Below, piece by piece: positions 37,045-49,300 of a stretch of 64,000 nt of DNA. Each line of letters starts with the position of its first letter. The stretch's first letter is position 1. The position numbers and the translations under genes are program-made. The stretch covers positions 14,384,001 through 14,448,000 of the forward strand of contig NC_045731.1 in the NCBI RefSeq assembly GCF_009834535.1, given 5' to 3'. This stretch comes from Camelus ferus. Lineage: Eukaryota. The notes beneath the pieces were generated by a model. It had not been told where the DNA came from and ran no database searches. It saw only the letters and a program-made list of their open reading frames with translations.

Positions 37045-37481
37045 TGATAGACGACCGACTCCGCTTTGGCGATCCGCCACTATTTCGGGACAAGCCGGGC
37101 TGACGTCAAGGAACAACTTCCACTTTCCGCCTGTAAAACCCTCCCTGGACCAGAGTGGGAACTACTGGTGGGAAAGTTCACCGACACGCCCCGCTCCTTT
37201 TCAGGCACGCCCCTTTCAAAACCCACCAATCAGCATTTATCCTTCAGCATGTCTTATCTACATAAAAACCCACCAATCAGAACTTACCGCTCAGCACCCC
37301 CCCCTCATTTGCATACGAACCCACCAATCAGCTCCTACCCTCAGGCGTAAAATAACCAAGTCGGTACCCAGAGAGTGGGCCCCAGTCTGATTGCAGACCC
37401 TTCTGCGGGTTTTTCCAAATAAAACTTGACTCTGCTGTTGAGCTGCATCTGATCTTTCCTGTCTCTCCCATTCTAATAACA
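37045..37481 (+). mobile_element. ERV solo LTR, CpG-rich
   Basis: tgatagac...ctaataaca; three 'acccaccaatcag' boxes and aataaa at 37418. TSD not clear. Confidence 0.8.
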
Positions 37482-38094
37482 AGTGAAAGGGGAAGAAACA
37501 GGAAGGCAGGCAGGCAGGGTGAGAGCACAGAAGAGGCAGGTTCCTGGGAGCCTCGGGAAACCTGTACCAAGATGTCGAGGCTCCAGGCTAGCAAATCAAC
37601 TGAAGTGCCTTTACCTGCCTCTCTGTGGTCTCCTTAAACGTCCACCTCTGAGTAATTTACTTACAGTCGTCTCTCAATTTATTTGGAAGCATTTCTTTGT
37701 CTGGAATAAAGATTTGAGAAGGAGGATAAAAGAAACCTATAATTTCTTTATTTCTGACATCTTTCTTTTGACATCTCTATTGAAATGGAGTGGATAGAGG
37801 GACAGTCCTCTCCTTAGCCACTTTTTTTTATGCCAAGTGGTTAATTAGTTTAATCAAGAAAAAATGGATATAATTTGCTGTCCTCGAATTTCAAAAGAGT
37901 TATCTTTAGAGCATGCAGCTCATAGAAGAAGCTTGAGAGACGGTTGTTTAGTTTGCTGTTCCTTAAAATACCCAGCTCCATTCATAGCCAGATGCCCAAT
38001 AAATGTGTGCCCTTCTTCACATCAGAATTCTGGGTTTTGTTCATTTAGTGGGTTAAACTGGATTTAACATTTGTTGTCTTTGATGTACAAGGAA

Positions 38095-38260
38095 AGCCAG
38101 GATAATGCAGTCATTAGACTTGGTTCCTGAAGTCAACAGTCTGAATTCCACACCCAGTTCTGTCACTTAATAGTGTGACCGTGGACAAACTACTTAACCT
38201 CCCTGAGCCTACTTCATCATCAGCAAAATGAGGATAATCACAGAACCTGTCTCTGAGGGC
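38095..38260 (+). mobile_element. MIR relic
   Basis: 'cagtctgaattccacacccagttctgtcacttaatagtgtgaccgtggacaaactacttaacctccctgagcct...aaaatgaggataat'. Confidence 0.8.
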
Positions 38261-39630
38261 TTAATTTGACTAGGCAACCCTTTCTTTAATACATTGAAAG
38301 CACCTAAAAAATCAGAAGAGTGTTCTTTTTAGAAGGAGTTTGTAACTCAAAAAGATTTTTTTAAAGCAACATTACCATCTGTTGTTTAATAAGGAATCTG
38401 TTTCAAAAAGACAAAGGAAGTGTATATACGTTACAAAAAGGGAAAACACCAAATACCCAGATTAAAAGCAAAAATAAAACACATGTCCTTCTGAACATGT
38501 CCCCAAATCTGAATGAGTGATTTGAAAATAACTATAGCAAAGTTAGTAACTTACTAATGCCTGTCTTGGATGTGAACAGCTACAAATAGTAATGTGCCTA
38601 GAATTCCACAGGCAAGAAGAAATATATATATAAGCATATATGATCTCATTACCTATTTCCACTAATTCTTTTATTTTTAGATGCTTCAAGATACTAATAG
38701 CTTCATTATTAAAACCATTGTAAGTCGGTTTCAATATTCAGCATGTATTAGGAACATGCACCATAGATGGCTCTCCTCAATAGTTAAAGCATTACCTAAG
38801 ACTATAAAGTCATGTTCAATATGTCACATCCATATGGTAGAGTTCACATAAAATAATGATTTGAAATTGTGGGAAATGTTTCAGGTTTTTAAACTAATCG
38901 TGAGAGAATTCTGAGCCACATATTCCATGTAACAATTCCCAAGGCAATTCTGATCATTTCAAAATTTTGTAGCTTAGCATATGTCAAGGCATGCTAAAGA
39001 TCACACAGCCTGGCAGAAAAAGGTCGCATTTCACATCCAATGTCATTCAGCTGGAGCTCTCTTTTAGCGGGTGCCCTCCCACATCGTGGTACAGAAAGTG
39101 CCTGTCACTTACATGCCATAAAATCGTGAACAGACAGGCAAATGAAAATGACTCCTCAAAGAGTGACTTGAACAGAGGGCTTGGGGACGTCTTGAAATTA
39201 ACAATGCTTCGAAATGTCATTCAAGCTCAGGGATTTGGTTCTGCCAGTTTCTAAAAAGTCACACTTAAAGGGACAGTCAAGTGTCCCCTGCCACCTAATG
39301 TGGCTTGCTGAGGTCAAATATTGGCACCCCTCCCATATGTAGGGTAAGTCAGATCAGGTCATTTATTTTAGATTAGACAGACTGGGAGGAAGAGCCCCTC
39401 TGGTCATCATGTAGGTTTCATGCATCTGATTCTCACCTTTTTCTGAGAATGGTCAGGTGAAATGAAGAGGAGAGATGAGCTTAGTGGGGATAGGAGGGAT
39501 GAGGGATGGCCCTGTTGTGATAGGGAAGAAAAAAATCTGACTCCATACTAGATCCGTTCCTTTAGTGCTAACCCTGTGCTCCCTGGTTCCTGTGCTGAGT
39601 CATGCTGGTTCTGCAACTTTTATGAAAGAA

Positions 39631-40032
39631 TGTTGCCTATAGCCTGAAATACACAGGGTAGCCCATTCTTAAGGCTCTGATCTTTAAGGGTATAACACTT
39701 TTCCATTCATACAGAGATAAAATGTTGCAGAACAGAGAACAGCATTTGCCTTGTTGGAGGTTTGCAGGAGCATCATGACCTGACCTACACGCACAGCTGC
39801 AAGAACAAAGGATTTCAACACCAAGAAGTTTGCAACAACCAATCACACACCCTCTTCTTTTAAAAGGAGCCTGAATTCTGACTTGCGGAAGATGGCTCTC
39901 CAGGACATTAGTCTGCCATCTTCTCAGTCTGCTGACTTTCCAAATAAAGTCGTTATTCTTTGCCCCAATGCCTCATCTCCCGATTTACTGACCTGACATA
40001 TGGTGAGCAGAACGAGTTTGGACTCGGTGACA
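39631..40032 (+). mobile_element. ERV1-type solo LTR
   Basis: tgttgcc...ctcggtgaca. Contains 'gacattagtctgccatcttctcagtctgctgactttccaaataaagtcgttattc' R/U5 motifs; no clear TSD. Confidence 0.75.
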
Positions 40033-40359
40033 TCGCGTGAACAGGATGACGTTGCCCCAAGTCAGTCTGCACAACAATGCTGTTTGTTAACATCTGCATG
40101 TTTCCCCAGTAACCTCCAGTTTGTCTGACTGCATCATGCAGAGAATGACCTTAACTCTCTCCAATGCATTCTTCAGCAGAAAGTCATGGAGCAAGTCACA
40201 TGTTCTTTCATAAATCAGAACCCATGGACGTTTGGGCTGTTAGAGCAAAAGATTTTGATAACATTTTTCAAAGAAAAACTTAATAATTTTCTTTTGTCCT
40301 CATGAGTTGTTAAAAGAGGAAAAGTAATATACCTTGCTTTTCAAACGTAATTTTTTTTC

Positions 40360-40510
40360 AAACCTCAATCTGAATGTTGGCTCTGCCATTAATAAATCTG
40401 AGTGGTAATGTGAAGATCATGGGTAAATGCCTTAAACCCAATGAGCCTTAGTTGCCTCATCTGAAAAATGAGCTAATAATGTCTGTGTCTCAGGCTCATT
40501 GTATTGATTA
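40360..40510 (+). mobile_element. MIR relic
   Basis: 'ggctctgccatt...gggtaaatgccttaaacccaatgagccttagttgcctcatctgaaaaatgagctaataat'. Confidence 0.75.
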
Positions 40511-42563
40511 GAAGATCCTGACATGTGGCAGAGGGTTCATTCCTCTTGTTAATTTCCCCTTCTCTTTCCATAAAATCAACTTAATTTGAGGGAGAAAAGA
40601 ACAGAAGATAAGGGAAAATCCAGACAGAGGTGGGACTTCTGGATGAATCCACTTGCCATGCAAGTGTTCTGGGTCATTTTCTGTCTGCAGAGTGAACAGA
40701 CTCACAGCTGACGGCCCCAGGGACACCCAGGGGTATTTCTCACCAGCTTGACGCTACCTTCTACTGCATTCAAAGGCTGATTCCCACCTCCCTGGAATCA
40801 CCGGCAATAACAAAGGTTTAGACAGGCACCGCTCTAGACGGATACAGAAATAGAAACATGGCTAGACATCAGTCAGGAAGATAAGTGATCACATTTCCAG
40901 CAGTCCTCCTGGCAGGGGTTGTCTGTGCGCCACTGTATCATTTAGGTCATTTCTATGAGGGAAGGCAAGATGCATTTAGCCCTGATTCAGTCACAGGGGA
41001 AATGGGCATCTTGTGGCAAGGGAGTTACTTAGCCCACTGTTTTGGGGGCATAACATGGCAGGGCTCGCGTGTGTGGTGTGTGTCCTGTGGCCCACATGAC
41101 AGCCATGGCTATTTCTCTTGGCAGCAAAGACACGTCTGTCCAACGGCCATTGCAGTGACCTTCTGGGGTAAGGGTGACAAAAAGCAGCTGGGTTCCTACT
41201 CGCATGACAGCGATGAGTGACTGACGGTGGCTGTCTGGAATTTGGTGCTGAGCTGTATTCTGTGGTTTGACTGAAAAAGCTGTAATCAATTAGTGATGTC
41301 TGGCAGGGCTGCTGAAACGGGAAGGGACAGCATGAGCACACCACATCTGTCCCCCCCTGGTTTAGGGCCCCTACTGTGCAAGGCTGACCTGGACAGTGGT
41401 CCTGGAATTGGCCCTCCGTCAGCAGCGCCCCAGCCTGGTGCGAGGATGGACCGCACAGGCGTTGGATGTGGACACAGACACGTATCCACCACACTTACAT
41501 CAGGGTGGCGGTCACACAACAGAAACGAGCACACACATGCTTTAGGAGACGGGGGGCTGCGGGGTGTTTTATTTCCAAATGTAAATCAGACGCTGTCAGG
41601 TATTCACTTAGAGCACAAGCTTCCAGGCACTGTGTGAAATATAAAACCCTTGCCAACGCTTACTGCAAGAGCAGCCGGCGCCCTGCAGCTGGGGCCGCGT
41701 GCTCCAGACGGCGTGAGGGGCCTGCCCACTGCCACTCTGCCACTGCGGCCCACCTCCTCGCCAGCACAGCTGCCTTTCATCTGCGCTGGGGGTCATGAAG
41801 CATTTAATAAGCAACACGAAAGCCCTAAAACAAAACAGAACAGAACAACTGAGTCTGGGTACTGACCAATGAGTGCAACTTGGTTTTTGATGAACAGGGA
41901 AAAACGACAGAAAATGTAGACAGCTCCAACCCAGACTCCAAAAAATAAATGACTGAAGATGCACCTTTGTTAAAAAAATTTTTTTAACAAAGAATAAAAA
42001 ATAATTTAAAAATACAAATAAATTAAAATAAAAAAAATTTAAGATGCACTTTTGGAAGAAAGCTGTTTGTCTAGGATGTGGCTCTGATCTATCGAGGCCT
42101 CAGTGGCTTCAGCACTGCCCACTTTCTGACAGAAACAGACCGAAAGCGCACTACTGTGAGCTCACCCCCACCCAAGCCCCCCAGGTGCGAGAGCACGCTC
42201 ACAGGTACCTTTAAATTACAGCCGCTGAGACTCCAGGTCAGATGGCGGGGCTAATCAAACAGCTTTCTAGCTGATCAGGGACCTTCCAGTCTAATCCCGT
42301 CCATGTCAACCCCCAAGAAAGGCAGCAGGGCAGCTCTCAGGTAGACCCTGTCCACCTGCCCCCTGATTTGCATCTTGTTCTCAAGCCCTTGCCACTGAAA
42401 TCAGAAACCTCACTCGGCGTGGGGTCACGGAGCTCTTTCCCAGGACAGCCCTCTACGATGCTTGACTGGGGACGGGGAGCCTCGCCTCAGGCCATGAGGG
42501 AACAGTGCCTGGAGCTGCAAGGGGCAAGGCTGGGGCCAGAGAGAGACAAAGGTAGCATGAACT

Positions 42564-43150
42564 TGTAACCGAGCAGGACCCTGTGGGGCCTCCCCGGGCC
42601 AGACCCTCCCCCAAATCCCCCGCTGTAGCTCCTCTCTGAAGCTCCCAGATAAAAGTAACCAAAAATGGCTTCCCTCATGCTAAAGCAAATTCTAGCCTGA
42701 CTCTATATGGCACGTGTTTCTCTCTTCCTCAGAGCACTCACCCTCCCGCTTAAGCGCCCTTTGTTCCAGGCACAGAAATGTCCAGAGACGGGACTGTTAA
42801 CCTCCTGTGCAGAAGCCAAACACCAGACCGAGGCCCACCGGAGGGGGAGGACACGGTCTGACAACCACAGAAACGGAGGCCCCACCGACAGCCGATGCAG
42901 CTGCGTCAGGGAGGAAAGAACGCAGCCCCTGCACGTTCTCAGATGTTTATCAGAAGCTCTACCCCTTGGACTCGCATCATAAAACTCCCTGCTGCCCCTC
43001 CCCAAATCCGGCTCGCAGTCCTGAGGCATCAGCCCCAAGTGTCCCCCTCTGCCTAGGCAAGAAATAAAGCTGTTCTTTTCTGTTTCACCCAAAATCCTGT
43101 CTCCAGGTTCCAATTCAGTGTCAGGGCACAGAGGCCGGGATTCGGCAACT
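42564..43150 (+). mobile_element. ERV1-type solo LTR
   Basis: tgtaaccgagcagg...ttcggcaact with 4-bp TSD aact (42560-42563, 43151-43154). TATA-like cataaaa and aataaa present; first ~50 bp shared with the 18406 and 61614 LTRs. Confidence 0.87.
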
Positions 43151-45439
43151 AACTGATAGTTCACATGTCAAGAGTTTGCACAGGTAAGTGCCCGGCACAG
43201 AACAGACGCTGAGAAAATTCCAGTCCAGCACAGCACACATAGTGCAGTGCACTATGATGAGCCTACAGCTCCTCATCATTTTTTTAAAAGCTCCCTATTT
43301 TAGAGATAACGTACCTTGAGATCTGCAAATAGAATTTCTCATTTTCTATTCTACTTTTTACTCCAGAATCAAATATCTTATATCCACAACTTAATTCAAA
43401 CAAGGGAAAATCTAAGTTCTATCAAAAAGGACTGGTGTTGATTTTCCATTTCTAAAGATCCTCCTTCTGAGGCCACGATGGCTGTGTAAAGGTCACCGCG
43501 TCACCCGGCGAGTACTGAATCGGGAGCCCCTGCAAACACACGCTTGTCCCTTAGCGCGCAGCAGGCTGTCATTCACCCGCAGGCCACGGAACGACCTATC
43601 CTGCTCAGGGTTCAAAGCCGGGTCCTTGCTGATCGCGCCAGTCGAACAATTTCATTTCTATCAGTTGGTGGTTGTACTTCAGATTTTATGGATCCAGTGG
43701 GTCTAGTGAAATTTTATTACCCTGCAATAAAACAAGAAGGAAAAAAAGCTCTGGGGAAAAAAAAATTGATGTAATGTTTAAGGTCTTTGTTACCTTTATA
43801 AGCTCCAGTGTCCTTTTACATATAAACTAATAAATCAACCTTTTAAGGGAAGATGCATTCCTCAGTGCGAGCTCGATACGAGGTGCTAAGTCCAATCATA
43901 AAAACTATCAAGAAGTTGCTAATGGTTTTCCTACCTGAACAAGCACAGCCAAAGGAGAATCAATTGCAGGACAAGGATATAGTTTGCAAGTGTTTTCTCC
44001 TCATTAGCACATGGTAGTCAGTTGTTACCAGACGAAGGCAGCAACTTGAAAAAAAGTGGAGGGCTTTTATTATGAGCTATATTGCATTTGCCTGAATTTG
44101 CACATGTGTGTGAATTAGATTAAACAGTTCAACCATCAAATCCCTTACTACTAGCCACTCCTCATGTGCATGAGTTGTACTCATTGTAACTTTGCAGTTG
44201 AGTCAGCAGAACTGCAAGACAATCTTTCCCACAACCTTCAGGAGAATGGCTTTTTCTTACGTCAGGATCTTGGAAATATGACTTTAGTAGATTTCCTCCA
44301 GTGGATTTTAAGAAGTAACTATGAAGATACTAAATATTAGAATTAAACTAAAATTAAGTTCTTCAACTTATTTCACTGATGAATGTATCTTTTCTCATAA
44401 ACCTCTCTGTCCTGTTATACACTGAGGGCTGGTCACCGAAACTCAAAACCTTTTCAACATGAATTAGCATCACCATGTAGCCAATCTGAATATTCTGCAT
44501 TGAATTCAGTTACGCAAGAAAGAGGTTTGAGAAGGTGGTTCACCTACTTACTATGAACAGAACTTAATGGCTCCTGGGCTAGCGTGGTAAGTACCGCTCA
44601 GCAGCTGAGACAAATTAACAAGGGTCCCATTCCAGCCAAGTGCCTAGAAGAAAATCCTGCCAGGCTTTCTCTGCAAGGAGAAATACAATCCAGCAAAGAG
44701 CAAATGTCGCCACTCCTGCTCGTGAAAATGGCTTAGAAGGGGCACAAGCCCACTCTTGTCCGAAGCGAAGGAGCACAGGGGAGAGTCAAGGGTTTCCCCC
44801 ACAGCACTGGTAACAAGGCAGCGAGCTGTTTCCTGGATGGCCATGAGTACACGGAGTTCTTTCTGCAAGTTCCCAGAGGCCTGACCCTTTCAGGAGTCCT
44901 GCATCTCCGCGAGGCCAGGCAGCAAAAGCGGCCTAAGACAGTCCACGGCAGCCACCGAAACGGAGGATGTAAAAGAACAATGAAGTCATGACACTCATTC
45001 ATCTTCTTTACATGAATTATCAACATGGTCATGACAATGGGATTGGGATGTTTGATTACTTAACCTCTCTCAATTGCATTCCACATTTCTCAGCAGCTTA
45101 TTCTATTACCAATTTTTGATCGAATTAGTGAAGTGGTAGACGTGGGGGGCTTGGGGGGGTGTAAATTTCTCTAAGTGTGCTTCCGATTCTTTCAAAAAGG
45201 CTACTCAGCAACTCTGTCCTGATTGTTTAGTAGGTCAGACAGACAGATGAGCCATAGCCAGATAATGACACAGCTGGGGAGGGTCACCAGTGGTGCTGAT
45301 TATCTATGTGTTAAGTGGGGGAAAAGCATTAAATGTCACATCTCTGGACTTTCATGGGATCCTGACGTGGCCAAATCTACATTAGCAATGTGGTTACCAT
45401 GCTGAACAATTTTTTTAGGAGTTACATGCCTGTATATAT

Positions 45440-45612
45440 ATATTTTTTGTTAACCATTTTTTTTATTGAAGTATAGTTAATTTACCATGTGAAATGTCCC
45501 ATGATTTGGTTACATATATATTCTTTTTCAGAGTCTTTTCCATTACAGGGTATTACAGGATACGGAGTATATAGTTCCCTGTGCTGGATGGTAGGTCCTT
45601 GTTGGGTGAAGG
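45440..45612 (-). mobile_element. L1 3' end, reverse orientation
   Basis: 'ttttattgaagtatagttaatttac...ttccctgtgctggatggtaggtccttgttgg'. Confidence 0.8.
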
Positions 45613-45749
45613 AATTTAGGAGTGAATGAACCTTACACGGAAAGCTAACACCCTAGATGATGCAAACGTGACTGACGATTTTCTCAACGTCCTGGAATGA
45701 TGAGACAAGTCTGAAAAGAGAAGGAAAAACGAGACCAGCGTTCCACACA

Positions 45750-46204
45750 AACTGCACTCATGTCCTCGTGCACTGACACAAATTACCATGAACTCAGCGG
45801 CTTGAAAAAAACAAAAGTTTATTATCCGTCTGTAGGTCAAAAGTTGACAGACGCCTTGCTAGACCAAAGCTCAGGTGTCCGCAGGCCATCATTCCCTTCT
45901 GGAGGCTGCAGGGGAAAATCTGCTTCTTTGCCTTCTGTAGCTCCGAGAAGCCTTCCCCATCCCTTGGGTCTTGGCCCCTTCTCCCCTCTTCACAGTCAGT
46001 GACAGCAAGTCTGGCTCTGCCCGCCTCTTCTGCTGCCCTCACCCACTTTTGAGGCCCATCATGATCACACTGAGCCCATCTGGACAAGGTCCTTAATTAA
46101 ATCATATCTGGAAAGTCCCTTGAAACACGTAAGGTAACACATTCCCAGGTCCCAGGGACGAGCATGTGGACATCTTCAGGGAAGTCATTATTCTGCCTAA
46201 CACA
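45750..46204 (-). mobile_element. MaLR LTR (MLT1B/C/D-like)
   Basis: 'acaaattaccatgaactcagcggcttgaaa...ccttctggaggctgcagggga...gtaaggtaacacattcccaggt...cattattctgcctaacaca'. Confidence 0.85.
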
Positions 46205-46225
46205 CAAGTTTAAGAGAGAAAAGAA

Positions 46226-46338
46226 GGGAGAGGGTACAGCTCAGCGGTAGAGCACATGCTCAGCAGGCACGAGGTCCTGGGTTCAATCCCCAGTGTCTCC
46301 ATCAAAATAAATAAATAAACCTAATTACCCACCCCTCT
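46226..46338 (+). mobile_element. tRNA-derived SINE, camelid Vic-1-like
   Basis: A box 'tacagctcagcggtagagc', B box 'gggttcaatccc', tail 'aaaataaataaataaacctaattacc...' plus poly(A). Confidence 0.92.
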
Positions 46339-49300
46339 CCCCCACAAAAAAAAAAAATCTGCAGAAGAGAAAAGGAGAAAAAGCTAGTGGAAGACAAAGA
46401 AAGAAACAAACAAGGTTAACTTTGGTCTGGTGAAATGAAACCTGGAATACTGAGTTAAGTTCTGAATTTACAGTCAAAGAGGAACAATCTTGACTAGGAA
46501 TCTGTTCAAAAGTGTGATCAGGATGGAGGAGAAACTTACTCCCAAGTCACGTGAATAACATTTGAAACAATTCAGACTGATCAACTCAGAGAAGAAAAGG
46601 CCTGCGTGCAAACGAACCCCCTTCAAGGATATGAAGAGCTGTCAGGGATTGTATTTCCTCCTTAACGTGACGGGGGGACAGGTCATCATTAAAGGAATTA
46701 AGAAACAAACACCTTTTAGCTGAAGATAGTAACAATTAGAGCCAAGTGAAAAAGGAATGGGTAGTTTGGGGCAGTAAAGCTGAGAACAAACTTGGCATCA
46801 CCCCGTAGAATGAATAAAATGCTTTAATTTCGTGCATTGTTGCATATGAACGTCTCAGCACATCTGAGATCCACCACAGGTACTGGGCAGAAAGACAAAA
46901 TCCAGTGCAGGTGGTACAAGACACGGTGGTAAAGGGACGGCTCACAGAGGGGCAAGGGCAGGGTTAAGGGAACTAACAGGGGACACTGAGACTCACGGAG
47001 ACTGCCACAGCAGGAAGCGGAAGTCTCAAGTAACAGCCCTCGAGTGCATGGAGCAGGGCGAGAACTGCACGGGCCAGCGAGAGACAGAGTGGACCGGGAG
47101 GGGTGCAGTCAGAACAGGCAGCCCAGAGCAGTCAGAGAGCAGGGAGGAGGTACCTGCCCGCTCTCCCCTCGCCCGCCTCCATCTCCTGCTGGTGCCCCTC
47201 TCACTGGTCCAGCCCCGTAGCATGCTGGTAGGAAAGAGGGCAGGGAAGATGCTTTCTGAAGGGTCCGCCTTCCAGGGCACAGAGTAGGATGGAAAACGGT
47301 GAAGAATGGATAGAGCAGGAGGGGGAAAGGAGAATGACCACCACAGCACTACTCCGTTTCTTTTACAAACGAAGACCATCATCAGGACGTGGAGAGGCTA
47401 ACTAGTTCCCTCAGGGTCTCGCAGGGCCAGGACACAGACCCGGCCTCGGAATCACCCAGCGCTCAGCATGTCCCACGACAGTGCACGGCCCGTCTCTGTC
47501 ACTGGGGTTTTGTAGGAGGAGCTGGAGATGCTGAAAGGGGAGTCGTATTTGTGAAGAGGGTTCGGATGAGACTTTGCCACTTTTCTCACATTCTGGAACG
47601 TTCCGACTCTGTGATTCCACACTCGCCCTCTTCCGCTAGATCCACCTGATTTTTCCATTTCCGTTCAGATCTAACTACCTTAAACAGCTTTAAACCCTGC
47701 AGAAAGTACAGGGACTCCAGGTGGATGAAAACCAGTCAAGATTCTGCAGACTCTCTGGATAAGGCAGGGCATTACTCATTCTGTCTCTGCAACACCGGTT
47801 CTTGTCCGTCTGTCCTTCCATCCATGAGAGGGGTCGGGGAGTATTCCGAGATATGCATTGAAATTGGATGAACTGAGACTTCCAAGGAAGCTGGTTCTGA
47901 CAGTTGGGGGAAAAAAAGTTTGGCAAGTGCTTTACCGTTTTAAAAATTACACTGTTCAAAAATTTTATGGTCATTAATAAACCCTAGAGATTGGAAATAA
48001 TTACAAAGTAGCCTTCCCTGTTTCTTTTGCCTAAATCTTCAAATAAATAAAGGAGTACTTTATATTACATACGGTATGGCTCTTGAAAACAGCATGAAAG
48101 TACTTTTTCCTTCTCCAAGTCCATTTTCCCATCACTTTCAATATACAATTACAGCGTGTTGTCTTTAAACATAAATATAGCCCCAAGGTATCAGAGGGTC
48201 ACTTTTATAATAGCACAGACTCTTAGGTATTCTGCCAAAGGAAAACATTTTGCGGGAGGCTAAAACACGAGTCATGAAATATCAATGTAAACTAACTGAT
48301 TAGAGCAGAAGCAACATTTTGAGCAAAATTTTCTGGAGCCTCAGTGTACAAAAGGGATACAAGCCAACCCCTCTGGATGTGCAGGCATGGAGTGGGCAGA
48401 GGGGCATCCATGCCGCCTCTCACAGCCTCCCTCCCTGACAGCCCCTGGGCGCTTCTGCTTCACGGATTGAAACCATTATGCCCTGGTTTTATATTCAGTC
48501 ACTAGCCTGAAGCTACGTAGCAGTTTGAGTGTGATTAGGAATTACACATGTCCTCTTATTTTGGCAAACTGGTGAGAGGGTCTCTCTGAGGATATAATCC
48601 GGGGGGGGCGAGAGCATCCCCTCTCACCTCCCAGAAGGAGGCTGGTGTGCAGGCATCGTCCCAAGACCGCCGCTCTCGCAGGTGCCTGGCACGAGATGAC
48701 GACGGACGGCTGGTGTGCTCAGCAACTCCTAGCAGAGGGGAGGTGACTCCTGCAAGAGCTGCACTGCCGGTGAGCTCGTGACCGTCCCCTGGGGCCTCCC
48801 GAAATGTCTGCAGGCATACTGCAGGGGGTGGAAGCCCTGAGTGAGCAGGTGAGGGCCAGAATCAGCTGCATTTCCATCGCTCCTAGAACTGCGGTCCTCC
48901 CTATCCCGATGGGTGCAATCAGGACACGGGTCTCACCAAGCACGATGGACCAAGAGGTCATCTCCTCCCACTCTTTCCAGATCTTTCCTGGAGCACCGCA
49001 GAAGCAAAGCACAGGCACGCTCCTTGGCTGCTCTGACTTTACCTGGGTTCTAAAGTTTATCACATTAAATTACATGAAGGGGAAAAAGATCTTGACTCAC
49101 AAGAGAGGGAAGGGAGCAAGTTCTTAGAATCTCTCTCTCAACTGAATCCCGAAACCCAGGCATGTTTTAGAAATTTCAAACTTTGGACCCACGCATGACA
49201 CTGCCTGCTCTGAGTCGTGCGCGCCGCACCACCCAAACACCTGTACACGCTGGGTAAATGTTAATGTATTCTGTCAACAACAGATTACCTTACGCAGCTA

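Noticed and set aside
37520-37575. Local hairpin (ctgggagcctcg...cgaggctccag) as a pre-miRNA
   Set aside because: The stem is only ~11-12 bp with a large loop; too short for a Drosha substrate.
46226-46300. tRNA gene
   Set aside because: tRNA-like A/B boxes are followed by the SINE tail and poly(A) with no acceptor-stem 3' half; it is a SINE.
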